Shown: positions 1 through 12,439 of the stretch, piece by piece
Layout: each line of letters begins with the position of its first letter
How positions within the stretch are numbered: position 1 is the first letter of the stretch
Assembly (NCBI RefSeq): GCF_009834535.1
Contig: NC_045702.1
Span: forward strand, 59,272,001-59,336,000
Origin: Camelus ferus
Taxonomy: Eukaryota
Length of the DNA stretch: 64,000 bases
Reading direction: 5' to 3'
The notes under the pieces: generated by a model
Seen by the model: the letters and a program-made list of their open reading frames with translations, nothing else
Database searches by the model: none
What the model was told of the DNA's origin: nothing
Position numbers and translations under genes: made by a program

Positions 1-564
1 GTTTTTCCAAAAGTACTTTTAAAAATAGTGTGGTTAGTCATATAAAATATGAAGGTACCATAAAACAATAGCATGCATTGTTTAAGGATATATATAAATG
101 TTCAAGAGGCATAAAGAAATACAATGGATGAAAAACCCCAAATCAAGATTCTAGGACTTGAGAGGAGCTAGTGAGAGGTGTGACTCAGGCTATTAAAACA
201 GTAAAAACTTCTTTGAACAACGATTTGATAAGCTATTTAACTGACCGAATGAAATGAAGTGGTTAGGCAATTATGACTTAAATAGTGTTCAGTGTTACTA
301 CATAATGTTTTAAACATAACTCATTGAAAGATGTGATGAACAGTGAAAACAATGAGGGGTAGGTAAGTTTCAGAAACTCTACTTATACCCTTTCTCTGAA
401 GTGTTAAAAATTCACCAAATACCTTTTTTTTTTCTAGTTTTGTGTTCTGTTGTTGATGTAATGCTTGGTAGAAATGGTATTGTCTTTACTCTGGAACCTG
501 TTTCTCTTTACCTTCCCTCACCCCTTAAGTTACCTTGCAGTGATTAGCATGTAAGAAATGATTT

Positions 565-790
565 ATTCATTCAATATGTATTTGTTGAATGCTTCCTATA
601 AATCTGGCACTAAAAGGTGCAGAGTGAAAATGATTCTAGCTGCCATTTATCAGTACTGAGTGCTTTAGATACATAGTCTCATTGAATCCTCATAGTATCC
701 TTATGACGATTTTATACTTGGGGCTTAGCAAGATAATTTACCAGGGACACAGTTAGCTAGAGGCTGTATTGAGGCAAATTTAACTCATTA
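565..790 (-). mobile_element. L2 3'-end fragment plus MIR fragment
   Basis: atttattcattcaatatgtatttgttgaatgc is an L2 tail. ctcattgaatcctcatagtatcct...ccagggacacagttagc is a reverse-complement MIR core. Confidence 0.55.
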
Positions 791-2279
791 GGTAGATATT
801 GTCTTTGAACTTAGTGATATAAATGTCAACAAAGATATGAAACAATAGTTTTCATACCAGCCTTGAGCTTTTTAGTATTTTGCAGGTGTTTATCCTGGGA
901 GATGGGACTCTGAGCCCTTACTGCTCCACCGCAGTTAAACCAGAGCAACTTTGCTTTTGACTGTCTTATCTGTTGGGTTTCTGGGTAAGATTTCACTTGG
1001 TTTCCTTCTGGTGGTGGTGGGGTGGGTGGGGTGTAGGAATTAAATACCTGATAGTAAAGTAAAACAGCAGTTGAAAAGAAGGGGAAATTATTTCCAGTTG
1101 TGTACCATGTGAGATAGCAACATTTGAACAGAATTTTCAAAAGGTAGAAATGTAGGAAAGAGGTTTCCAGAAGAAGGGAAGAAGAGTAGATGCTTAGAAG
1201 TGGAAACTTAGTGTGTATGTGTGTTTTATTTGGCTATTTTATTTGGTGGAAATAGTGGTTGCAAGTATAGGTAGTTTGGGGCCTAATCGTGGAAAGCTTT
1301 AAGCCAAATGACCAATTTGGACTTTATCCTTAGGTGAATGAGAAGTTGGGACTTTTTTTGTTTGATATGCTTCATTTTAGTATGCTTATTATTTTCAGAC
1401 TGTCACTGGCAACTAGAAACTTGTATCCAGGAGTGGTTTTTATAACTGTAAATGAAATAAATAATGGAATTGTAACAGTAAACACACCTTAAATATAAAT
1501 ATACACATTGCTGTCCTACATGTATAAAAGTCATGCTCTGTAAATGCTCTGGCCATACACTGTCTTTGTGGGGCACAGAATTCCAGGATGGATCTTCGGG
1601 AATTTACACGTGTCCCGCTAGTTATGGGTACTTCCAGAAAGCTTGTGTAGGAGCAACACATTACAAATTTAAAAAAAAAAATTAAATATCACAGAGCATT
1701 TTTTTGATATTTAATAGTTTTTTCTTGTAAAGAATGAGCATTTCTTAAATATTACAAAGGGTGAAACAAATATACAAGCTTACAGATACAGTGTACTACT
1801 TTATACTTCAAAAATGCAGGAAGATAAATTATATATATTATATAGAGATGTAATTTTAGATCTAATGAACTATTCAGTACTGCTCTTGTATTGGTCTTGC
1901 TGTATTGCATACATGCCAGGACATGTCCATGGCTTGTCACCAGGTGGAAGAGGGACTGGCAGGGACATAAGGAGACTCATGGAGCCCCATGCTTATTCCC
2001 AGAAATGCCATCTTCAAAGCAGTATTTTGAGTTTTGTAACTTACCGTAGCTAGGTCAAAATCTTCTGTACCTATGTGCAATATGGGATGTGTCCTCAAGA
2101 ATCACAACTAGTTATTCAGGAATGGGGTTACATGAATACTAAAAAAGTCTGATTCAGTGAAACTAACTCCTAAAGCCCTGAGTCCATTGGGAGCGCCTTA
2201 AAGATTATTTTGAGATTATCATCTATACCGTTAGCGCAGTTCATAAAAGTGAGTTTCTCTTAGGCAGTAGACAGTTCAG

Positions 2280-2690
2280 GAAAAATAAGTCCGGTAGAAT
2301 TAATTTGAGAGGATAGAAAGCCAGTCAGGGAAGCTAATTAACTAATTGTTGCAATAGCTTAGGTGAGGACTAAGGAACTGAAAGAGGTTGGTATTAGGGA
2401 AGAAGTGAAGAAAGTGATGCAAGAATTACAAGGAGGCTTTGGCAACTAGTTTGATATGGAGTGTTGGGAATAAGAAGAAATCAGGGGTTGTGATTTTTGC
2501 ACTTGCATGAGTAATGAAAGACCGATGGTGGAGTTTACATTGGATACCTTTGACTCAGTAATATGGAGGATCAGAATGAGAGAATCAAGTTGAGTGTAGA
2601 GCATGAGGGCTTGGAAAAGCTGAGAGTAATTAATGGCTTTGGGAAATTTTATAGAATTAGAAAGAAAAGCACTAATCAACAAAGAGAAAC
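2280..2690 (-). mobile_element. L2 LINE fragment
   Basis: Purine-rich antisense L2 signature (ttgcaatagcttaggtgagg...ggctttggcaactagtttgatatggagtg). Confidence 0.65.
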
Positions 2691-5600
2691 AAAGTCAGAA
2701 TCATTCTACTAACTAGCTAGCTAGATATTTTTAATTAGTCATGAAAAGAATTGTGTTTGAACGTCCTTTTAAATGTAAGAAAAATTACAAATGGTTATGC
2801 AAGGTATTTTGGGCCTCTGTGTCAGACTCTTGATTGCAAACAACTGAAAGGTCACCAGTAGTCTGGTAGCAACATCATTTATGACTTGCTTTTGGTTATT
2901 TACTCTGAAGTTCCCCACTGACATTTTTGGTCCTTGTTGGAGACAATCTAGTACAGTAGTGCTATGCTAGTAGTGATTTTTTGGTCACTGAATAGACATT
3001 AGATTTCTGGGGTATATAGATGATTTGTATACTGATAACCTATAGGAATGAAATTTTATAAAAAATTGTAATCTCTTACACAGCTGAAGCAGGAACACAT
3101 GTAAATTTATCTGAGTGACTAGATTTAGTGTGACTTCATTATCATATTCATGAGTATAATGATGCTGTTTGCAGCTATTGCTGTTTTCTTTTACACTCAC
3201 TTTATGGTGGTGACTGTACAATTTAGAACTTTTTTGAACTTTCCTTTGTTTCTTTTATGTTTTTCTTCATGTAAAGTTCATGCACATTTTTTTATTTGAA
3301 GAAACTTTCTTGGAAATTAGTTTGTTTACATTCAGAGTAGCTTTATTATTAAGGAATGAATGAGAGTTTGATGCTCCTGAAAATCGCTATGGAAAAGAAC
3401 ATTTGCAGTCCTATTTGGTATAAATGGAATTTCCTCTTTAATTTTCTCCAATGTGGTATGTATACTTCATACTTTTAAGAAATGTCAGAATGTATGTTGG
3501 AGTATGGGGAGAGTAAGTAATTTTAAAAATATTGAGAGAAAACCCTTTTTCACACTTAAATGTCAAGGTGATACTTAGATGATTTAAGTGGGAAGTTTGA
3601 TAAGTCAGATTTTTGAAATTTAAAGCTAGTCACAGATGTAGTTCACCCTGACAAATGTGAACAAAGCCAAATTTGGGGCAAAGTCTTAAATAATTTAGAA
3701 TTGCTAGAAACTTTAGTGTCTTGGGCATCTGTTATTGGTTATTTCCAATTCTGACTTCTTAAAATATGATAATTTTTTTAATCAATACACATCTGGAGGA
3801 CTGCACACTGAAGTAAACACGTCTGTGGTTATTTAAATGATTAATCACAATCCTGGCAATGCATTTAATGTTGAGAATAAAGTATAGTGTGTACTTTATA
3901 GTTATCTAAGTCTTGAAGGAAGACATAAGACACAAATCAGGTATCCTTGTTTGATTTTATTATTTTGTCCTTTTTAAAAAGGCTATTTCTGAGTTTAAGA
4001 CTTTAAAAACTAAGCAATTAAATAAAATTGCATGGTTATCAGTACAGTGTTATAATTGAAAATTAAAACACAATTCAGAGATGTATTGCAGGAGAAATCA
4101 GCCGTATCCCAGAGATTATAACAGTCACATGTTTTTATGTTACACATTCACTTAGTTGAGTTTACGTATATTGTAGTTTATATATATTGTAACATGTACA
4201 ATTTAGAGGACTTTTAAGTATTGGAAATAAATTTGGGGGTGTTATACCCTATCATTTAAACTTTTTATGTGATATAGTTCAGTACATTCCTAAAGAAAAT
4301 CTTTATAGTTTCCACCTAAAATAGGTTATAGATTCTGAGTTGTCAGTGTGAACACTAAGTTTCTTAATGATGCTCTTATTACATAATTTAAAATACTTAA
4401 TAAATTATAATTCAAAAAGTTATTTATTGTTTGGATTCTTCATCTATGATAATTGGAAGGATAGCATGACATATAGGTATCAGTGCATCTTACTCTTAGG
4501 TTAAGACATTAATGTTGAAGAGTATATGATGATTAATGAAGAATTTAACCAGCTTTTCCATTTTTATATCTTTGTATACTCAATAGTGTCATAATTATGA
4601 AGTACTGTATAATGATAGCAAAGAAATATAGAGCTATTATCTAAAATCTTTTTTTGTGTGTTCTACCTCAAATCTTGCTTACAATACTGATTTCCATTCA
4701 TAAGCCAGTATCTTTTTCTTGGGACTTTATTTCTACTTTCTTCCTTTTCCTTTCCTTGCCATTAAAGTAACATGAGATGGTTATTAAAGGAGGGAGAGAT
4801 GCCTTATCATTATGCTAAGAGGTCAGAATTCAACTTGATAAACTAAAAATTGTACCAGTCTTAAAATTTTAAAAAGACATTGTTCAAACAACTATTTCCC
4901 ATTTATGTTACAAATTCTGGTTTTTTTTTTCAAACCTTCATAGAATTAAGGATTGGAGTACCTACAAAATAAGTTATTGAATTCATTGTTTCTTGTTCAA
5001 GATTCTCTGAGGCAGTTGGGTACAAATTAACAAGTTTTTTTTTTTAATAGTCTCTAAAAGTTAAAAGAAAGCCAACCTAAAGATATTTGAGTGACATGAA
5101 GTAATAACAATATTGAAATCAACATTTTGAATCAAGTCATAATTGGAGTAAAAGTTCCTGTGGGCCCTGTATTTTTATCATTCTGGAAAGGGTAGGCTTA
5201 CAAAGTTAGCAGAGAAATGTGAAATAAATATTCTTGTTACTTTTTTTAACTTGAATCTTTTGACACATTATCATTTCCTTAACAATTGAGGAAGCTGATC
5301 AGTTAAAAGTGGTTCAGGCTCATGTGAGGCTTGGTGTCTTAGAACCTTAAAGTTCAGTTGTGATTTGATTTATGTCACCTCCTTTACTCGAGTACATATT
5401 TGTTCAGTCTTAATGTATTCAAATTATCTTGTGGAACATTAAACTCCATTAGATATGTTTATAAAGATTCCTTAAAATATCAATAAAACAGATAGTTTGA
5501 CAATTCCTATTTCTAGGTTCAACCCAAATATATTTGAAGTCTAGGATTTGAGGTCATGAAATAATGGTAGAAAAAAATTAATAAATATTTTCTTGTATAA

Positions 5601-7159
5601 CGGTCTTCACTTTCTCTGTTTTTTAGTGGTGGTAATGGTGGTGGTTTTTTAAACAAAGAGAGATGTGATGTACAATTTCCTCTAAAGCTTTCTCTATCTC
5701 CAAAATCCTGTAATTTTAAATCATCTTCAGTCTTAGCCATTTTATTAAAAACTTGAAGTATAAAGCCAAACTTTGTTGCATTGCAATTTAATGAAATAGT
5801 TTTATGTGAATTTTTTATACTGGAAGGCCTTAGTGTCATTAAGGCATAACAAGGAACAAAAAAATCCTACACTGTCCATTAATATTATTAGATGGCTCAG
5901 AGCTGTAGGTTATAGTAAGGCTGGAGGGAATGTGGAGGAATAGCATTATAGTCATTATTTACTTGCTGTAAAAAGAATAATTGATTTAGTTGTTTCATTA
6001 TAATTCAACGTACAAAAATCTGAATTTCTATCATTTGAAGTGCTTTATTGAATTTTAATTTAAGAAATTAAAATCATATAGTTGATTTTTGGTGATTTAG
6101 TATTAGAGAAATGTATCTACTGTTTGAGCTCCTTTTCAATTTAAAATTTGATCGTAGCTACACCCCATACCATCTTTTTTAAATGTTCCTCTCTTGTATA
6201 CTTAATACTGCAATTTCTGTCCCCTTTATTTTTGCCTTAAAATAGCTCTCTTCCTTCTGAGATTTCTCTGTTCTTAGAAAAACAGAAGTTTATGTATAAT
6301 AGTGTACATAGTAAACAGTTTATTGTTGATTGCAATAGCAATATGAGAGTAATAGTACTCTTTTATCCTTATACCTACTGATTAACTCTTAAGTCACTTT
6401 GCTAGTCTATAAAAGTGCAGAAATGTTATTCTTTCAGTTTATCTTTAGCTTTGGGAGTAGATATATTACTTGTAAAAATTTGGTTACATTAGCTTTCTGA
6501 TCACTCTTCCATAGATTGAGGGAAGTTCTGAATGTTTTCCTTTTCTTTAACTACTTAATCTATTCTTATTATAAAATATAGATGGATTCACAAACAGAAT
6601 AAAAATTTTCATTTTGAGCTTCAAGTTACTTTTATAAAAAGGAAAACATGTAAAGATACCTCTAGCCCAATCAACTTAATTTTGAGATGTAATTAATTCT
6701 TAGTATTATTAAGGACTTAAGAAAATAGTATAGGATTTGAATTTAGATCATTACAATATTTCCTTTTTGAGGATAACAGTATTACTAAGAGATGTAAGAA
6801 CATTTATGCAAATAAAAATCAGTATTTTATTTATTAAAGTTCTATTAATGAATATACATTCACTACCCTATACAAAGTTGAGTATATATTTGACTGAGCT
6901 TCCTGGCAACGTGGAATAAACTGCCTAAGAGAAATCTTTATATTTTCAGGCACTGAGGTCTTAAAGAAATTTCCTACGTGATTTCTTTTCAGGGAGCATT
7001 CAAAGAGATGATCACAGTTCTCAAAAGTATTCTTATAATACATGGTATTGTTCTCTCTTCTACCTTAAAATATATACTTTTGGCTTCACTGAAACCACAC
7101 ACAGTCTGTTTTCTTCAGATTGATCACTCAGAGGAAGGGAACTTGAGAAAACTAGTTCC

Positions 7160-7545
7160 CTTTACCCATTTTATTGAGTGCCTTCTATGTGCCCAGCACT
7201 CAGCTATAGACATTAGAGTTGCAAATTTAATGAAATGTGCTTCCTACCTGAAGGTTTTGAATAGTAACTTACAGGAATGGTGGTGATCATTTTAGGCATC
7301 AATGAAAGATGGGTATAAACTATGTAAGATTAAGGAGGAAGGGACAGAGAAAGAGACCATAGTACTGGTCCATGAAAGGAATAATCCTAAATTAGCAGCA
7401 AGAATAGGGAGCGGGATACTAACTCTGGAGAGACTTGGGAGCTGAAATGAACATAATGATTGATTGTGATAGTTGAAGGAGAGAGGAATAGCTAAAATGC
7501 CTCCCAAGTTTCTGGTTTGGGGGCCCAGTTAAATGGAGGTAATTT
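7160..7545 (-). mobile_element. L2 LINE fragments
   Basis: ttattgagtgccttctatgtgcccagcact (L2 tail) and aaaatgcctcccaagtttctggtttggg (L2 body). Confidence 0.6.
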
Positions 7546-7869
7546 CTTCTATTCTTAAATCATGATGACATATATGGCATTTAAAATTTTTTGTTAGATA
7601 CATAATGTAACGAATAGAATACCCATATGAACCATTGTTGAATAGCCTAAATCTTTATGTGCTTTATAAGAAAATCCTTTCTTATTTTTTTTAGGTTGAA
7701 ATGTTCTTAGCCACGTTTCTAATAAGTAACTACCAAGGTGAAGCTACTAGGACATATTGAAGAGAGTGTGTAACTCATACTACTCTTTTTGGAGGGGAGG
7801 GGATTAAGCAAAAATATACAAAATCTGATTTAGAGTTCTGTTGTATCTTTCACAATTTATTTTGCATAT

Positions 7870-8090
7870 GCCCTTAGGTATTGTCTGTAGCATAAGGATA
7901 CAAAGATAGATAAAAAAGTTTTTAACTCTTAAGGAGCTCAAATACTAGTAATGGATAGAGACATATAAACTGATAATTATGATTGTGCGGTATATAGGTG
8001 TTGTGATAGAGATACACACAAAAAAAGGGAACCTAATCTCTGAAGGGAAGGAGGAAGAGTGGGAATAGGGATGGCTTCCAGAGGTGATTT
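7870..8090 (-). mobile_element. L2 LINE 3' fragment
   Basis: aaggatacaaagatagat...ctcttaaggagctcaaatactag...gggatggcttccagaggtga is typical antisense L2. Confidence 0.6.
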
Positions 8091-8099
8091 CCAAATGAT

Positions 8100-8680
8100 T
8101 TTTTGTTTAACTATTTTCCCCATATTTTAATTTTGAAACTTTCAACCCTATAGAAAGTTTGAAAAAGAGGACAGATTGAGAAGAGGAGTGTAATGAGTGA
8201 AAGGGTCAAAAGGTACAAACTTGAAGTTATAAAAGTAAGTCATGGGAATGTAATATACAATATGGTGACTATAGTTAGTAATACTTTATTGCATTTTGAA
8301 AGTTGTTAAGAGAGTAGATCTTAAAAGTCCTTATCACAAGAAAAAAAAAATTGTAACTGTGTTGGTAATGGATGTTAACTAGACTTATTGTGGTGATCAT
8401 TTTGCAATGTATGCAATACTGAATTATACTGTATACCTGAAACTAACATTTCAATTATACCTCAATTTAAAAAAAGAGAGCAACAAACACCCGTGTTTCA
8501 TCAGTTAACATTTTTTAATATTTACTTTATTTCTAGCATATATATGATAGAAATATGATATAAAATAATACATATATTTGGGAAGCATTTACAAGTAAAC
8601 TGTCAAGAAAATGAACTTTGACTCAAATATTTCAGCATGCATGTCTTAAAGAATAAGGATATTCTCTAATATAATTTTAC
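8100..8680 (-). mobile_element. Old L1 (L1MC/L1ME-like) 3' fragment split by the younger L1
   Basis: ttttgaaactttcaaccctatagaaag (8130-8160) resumes after 8479 with caacaaacacccgtg...atatttcagcatgcatgtcttaaagaataaggatattctc. Confidence 0.65.
8170..8470 (+). mobile_element. 5'-truncated L1 (L1MA-like 3' UTR) nested in an older antisense L1
   Basis: Classic L1 3'-UTR text (gtagatcttaaaagtccttatcac...tgtggtgatcattttgcaatgt...aattatacctcaat) ending in an A-rich tail. Flanked by the direct repeat aaaaagag at 8162-8169 and 8471-8478. Confidence 0.85.
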
Positions 8681-9083
8681 AGTCATGTTAAAGAAAGAAT
8701 TTGGTCTACTTTTTATTATCCATGTATAAGTTATTTTTTTTTCTCTTTAGCAGTTTTAAATTCCAGACTGGTATCTTTCTGCTACTCAACTTGCTTTAGT
8801 GTTATAGGTGCTGTGTTTTGAAAGATTATAAAAATTAGCCCAAGTTAAAATAAGCAAAATATCCTCCTGGAGTTATAATAAACTTCCATGGCAAATAGAA
8901 TTTTTTGTATTAATTACTATTTTAAATTATCTGCAAAATCAAGAGTTGAGAAAACAAGATAGTGTAAACTGAAATTTAAAGAGAAAGATTCCCATTTCTC
9001 ATAGATATGGTATTAGATGTTTTGAACCAAGAGACTCTTCAGTAGCAAGCTTTCTGGTGTTTTTGTAATTATGGAAATTCTGA

Positions 9084-9212
<129 letters not shown>

Positions 9213-9639
9213 TAAATTTTAAGCCAGACTTTTATAAGGCTTAATATCAATTGTGAGCATGGAATGTGTAACTTACATATGATAATTGACCTTTTAAAAG
9301 ATAATTAACCTTTGAAATATGTTTTTGAATTATGAAAAGTAAGATATATTGCCTTCATCTCCTTTGATTCTAAACATGAATACTTGTGTAATTGCATAGA
9401 GCTTTTGTTCTTCCTAGTCTCTTGACAAAAGTAGTTAAATAGAAGCATATTTACTAATTTTTTATCCTTGTGGGTTTAATTCTGTCAATGTTAATTTTCT
9501 ACCAATACTGCATAACTTGGCAGAAATTAGAATCATAGAGTGCTCGGACCCATCATATTGGTGATTCTCAAACTGGAATGGAGATTGGGTTAATGGGAGT
9601 GCACTTTTTCATATTCATGTACAAATCTACCTAAAATAA

Positions 9640-10845
9640 GATATTGATTGAAATAAAATTTATATAACATAAAATTAACCATTTTAAAGTGTACAGTTTA
9701 ATGGCATTTTGTATATTCACATTGTCATGCGACCATCATCTCTATTTAATTCCAAAACATTTTCTGTATCTCAAAAGGAAACACCGTATTCGTTAAGCAT
9801 CATTAAGCAATCCTCTCTTCCTCTAGCCCCTGGCAACCACGGATTGGCTTTCTGTCTCTGTGGATTTTCTTGTTCTGGATATTTCATATAAGTGGTATCA
9901 TATAAGTGGTCTTGTGTTGTTTGTCTAGCTTCTTTCACTTAGTGTAATGTTTTCAGATTTCATCTATGTTATAGCATGTGTCAGTATTTCATTCTTTTTA
10001 TAGCTGAATAATATTTCATTGTAAGGATATGCCACAGTTTATCTGTTCATTGGATGATGGACATTTGGGTTGTTTGCAGTTTTTGGCTATTGTAAACAGT
10101 GTTGCAGTGAACATTCATGTACACCTTTTTGTTTGAATATGTTTTCAGTTTTGGGGGAGCTTAGTGGAATTGCTGGGTCATACTGTAATTTTGTTTAATA
10201 TTTTGAGGAACTGCCAAACTGTTTTACACAGCTGAACAATTTTACATTACTGTCAGCAATGTGTGAAGGTTCTAATCTCTCCACATCCTCACCAAAACTT
10301 TTTATTTTTCCTATTTTAAAAAAATTATAATCCACCCTAGTGGGTGTGAACTGGTATCTCACTGTGGTTTTGATTTTCATTTCTTTAATGACAGTGATGA
10401 GCATTTTTTTCATGTGTTTGTTGTCTATTTATATATCTTTTTTGGAGAATGTCTATTCAAGTCCTCTGACCATTTTCAAAGTTCATCTTTTTGTTGAGTT
10501 GTAAGAGTTTTTTATTCTGGGTACTAGGCCCTTACCGGACATACTGTTTACAAATACTTTCTCCCATTTTGTTAGGGTTTTTTCCCTTTCTTCATAGTAT
10601 TCTTTGAAGAAAAGTCTGATTTGTCTGTTTTTTAAGACTTCTTTGCCAAATTCAAGATAATGAAGATTTATCCCTATGTTTTCTTCTAACAGCTTCAGAA
10701 TTTTAGCTCTTCATTTAGGTCTTCAGCCCATTTTCAATTAAATTTTGTCTATGGAGTGAAATAGGGGTCCAACTTCATTCTTTTGCATGTGAATATCCAG
10801 TTATATCAGTACCATTTGTAGAGAGAATTCTTTCCTCCCTGATTT
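9640..10845 (-). mobile_element. L1MB-like LINE (3' UTR and ORF2 end)
   Basis: aaattaaccattttaaagtgtacag...ccctggcaaccac...gatggacatttgggttgtttgcagtttttggctattgt...tccaacttcattcttttgcatgtgaatatccag. Confidence 0.9.
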
Positions 10846-12249
10846 TGCTTTGATTCAACCCATACATATCTGTCTTGGCCACAAAGATATTTAAGTAGAC
10901 TTGTCACATGCTTTGTTCAAATCATCATATAGAAATTCTGTTGCAATCTTTTAATTTCCTAATCTCTAGTACATTTTTCTAAAAGGTACTGAGATAATTT
11001 ATACTTAATTTTTTAAATTTATTTTTAATAGTGGTATAATAGCTTTTGTTGTACACTGCATTGGGCTCAAAAACCCTATATTCTAAAAAGACTTTTTAGT
11101 ATTTTACTGGAGACTAATAACAATTCTACCCATCTGCTTTCTCTCTTTTTTGGAAATAGTACAATTTGCCTTTCTCTGTTATTCTGGTTCTTTTACAGTT
11201 CTCCATGATTTCTCAAAATTGCTGACTCTAATTTTTTTCTGTATGTTTTTCTTCTTTCAGTATCCTTAGATGTAATTATTCGGAACCTTGAGACTTTAAG
11301 CTACTTTAATGCAGTTTAGAGTTATCTTACATGTCTTAGTTTTCAATTTCGTCTTAATGATGTTTTTCCTTTAGCAGTTTTATGGACAAGATGGGAACAG
11401 TAACTGTTGAACAGTAATCCTGATTTTTCTCTAAAATCTACTTTAAGGGTCTATCTCTTTTCATTCTTCATTAGCCATATATGGCTCTCAAAAATCTGTT
11501 CTTTTTTACGTATTTCATTCTGGGATTACGTTAATTCTATGCATGTAAGTTTTTGTCATTTTCTTTTTGTGTGTATTATTGATTTATTTATTTTGCCACA
11601 TCAGAGCAAAGCAACCAACTACCTTTTTTTTTTAATGCATCCCCCCTTTCTTTCTCATTTTAATCATATTATGTTTTAGAATACTTATTTTCAGGCCTTA
11701 CAACTCTGTTGATCTGTATTCTGTGTTCTTAATCTTATATCAGTTTTTTTGTTTTCTGTTATCTTCTTGAAATTTTTAAAGTTGAGGCGAGATGAGTTTT
11801 CTTCCTTTGCTATATGCTTAAGAGTCAAATTTCTCCAAAGTGGCTTGTTGGGCTTTTTTGGGTTTTTTTGTTTGTTTGTTTGTTTGTCTTTTATTATTCA
11901 GAAAATAGCACTTTTCTCTTAACAATTAAATCAAGATATTATTGAATACTTTGATTTTATCAGGGAACTTTTAGTAGTAAATGTATTGATAGTTGGATTT
12001 CTTATCACTACTACATCTTGCCTTTTTACTAATTTGGAAATAGAACATTATTCATACATTCTTTGTGGCATGTTGTTTTTATAATACACCTTCACAGTGC
12101 CCTTATGTTCTCTATTGTGTTTCTGCCTTTGTGGATTTCCATAAGTGTATAAATCTTGATAATTCTATTCCCAAATAAGATTTTTCTTTTTATTTCTCTA
12201 TTTGTGTCATGAGTTTTTTTTTTTTAAACAAAGGTGTTGATATCATCAC

Positions 12250-12439
12250 CAGTGCTGTCAAGTAGAATTTATTGTAGTGATGGAAATGTTCTGTAAGCTA
12301 CACTATCCATTACAGAAGCCACTAGTCACATGTGGCTGTTGAGCATGTGAAATGTGGCTAGTCCAGCTGATGAACTGAATTTTTAACTTAATTTATTTTT
12401 ATAAGTAGCCACATCTGACTGCTATATTGGACAGCACAG
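12250..12439 (+). mobile_element. MER3-type hAT-Charlie MITE
   Basis: Terminal inverted repeats cagtgctgtc...gacagcacag and internal gccactagtcacatgtggctgttgagca match the recalled MER3 consensus. Confidence 0.85.

Noticed and set aside
826-1140. 104-aa minus-strand ORF and the G-rich patch at 1010-1038 (possible G-quadruplex)
   Set aside because: The Pro run reflects the G/T repeat. Only three runs of 3 or more G are present, so a canonical G4 is not supported.
5519-5839. 106-aa minus-strand ORF with protein-like patches (MAKTEDDLKLQDFGDRESF, PPPLPPLKNRE)
   Set aside because: It resembles no protein I know, the proline run comes from a (GGT)n patch, and there are no splice or retrocopy hallmarks. 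A BLASTX would settle it.
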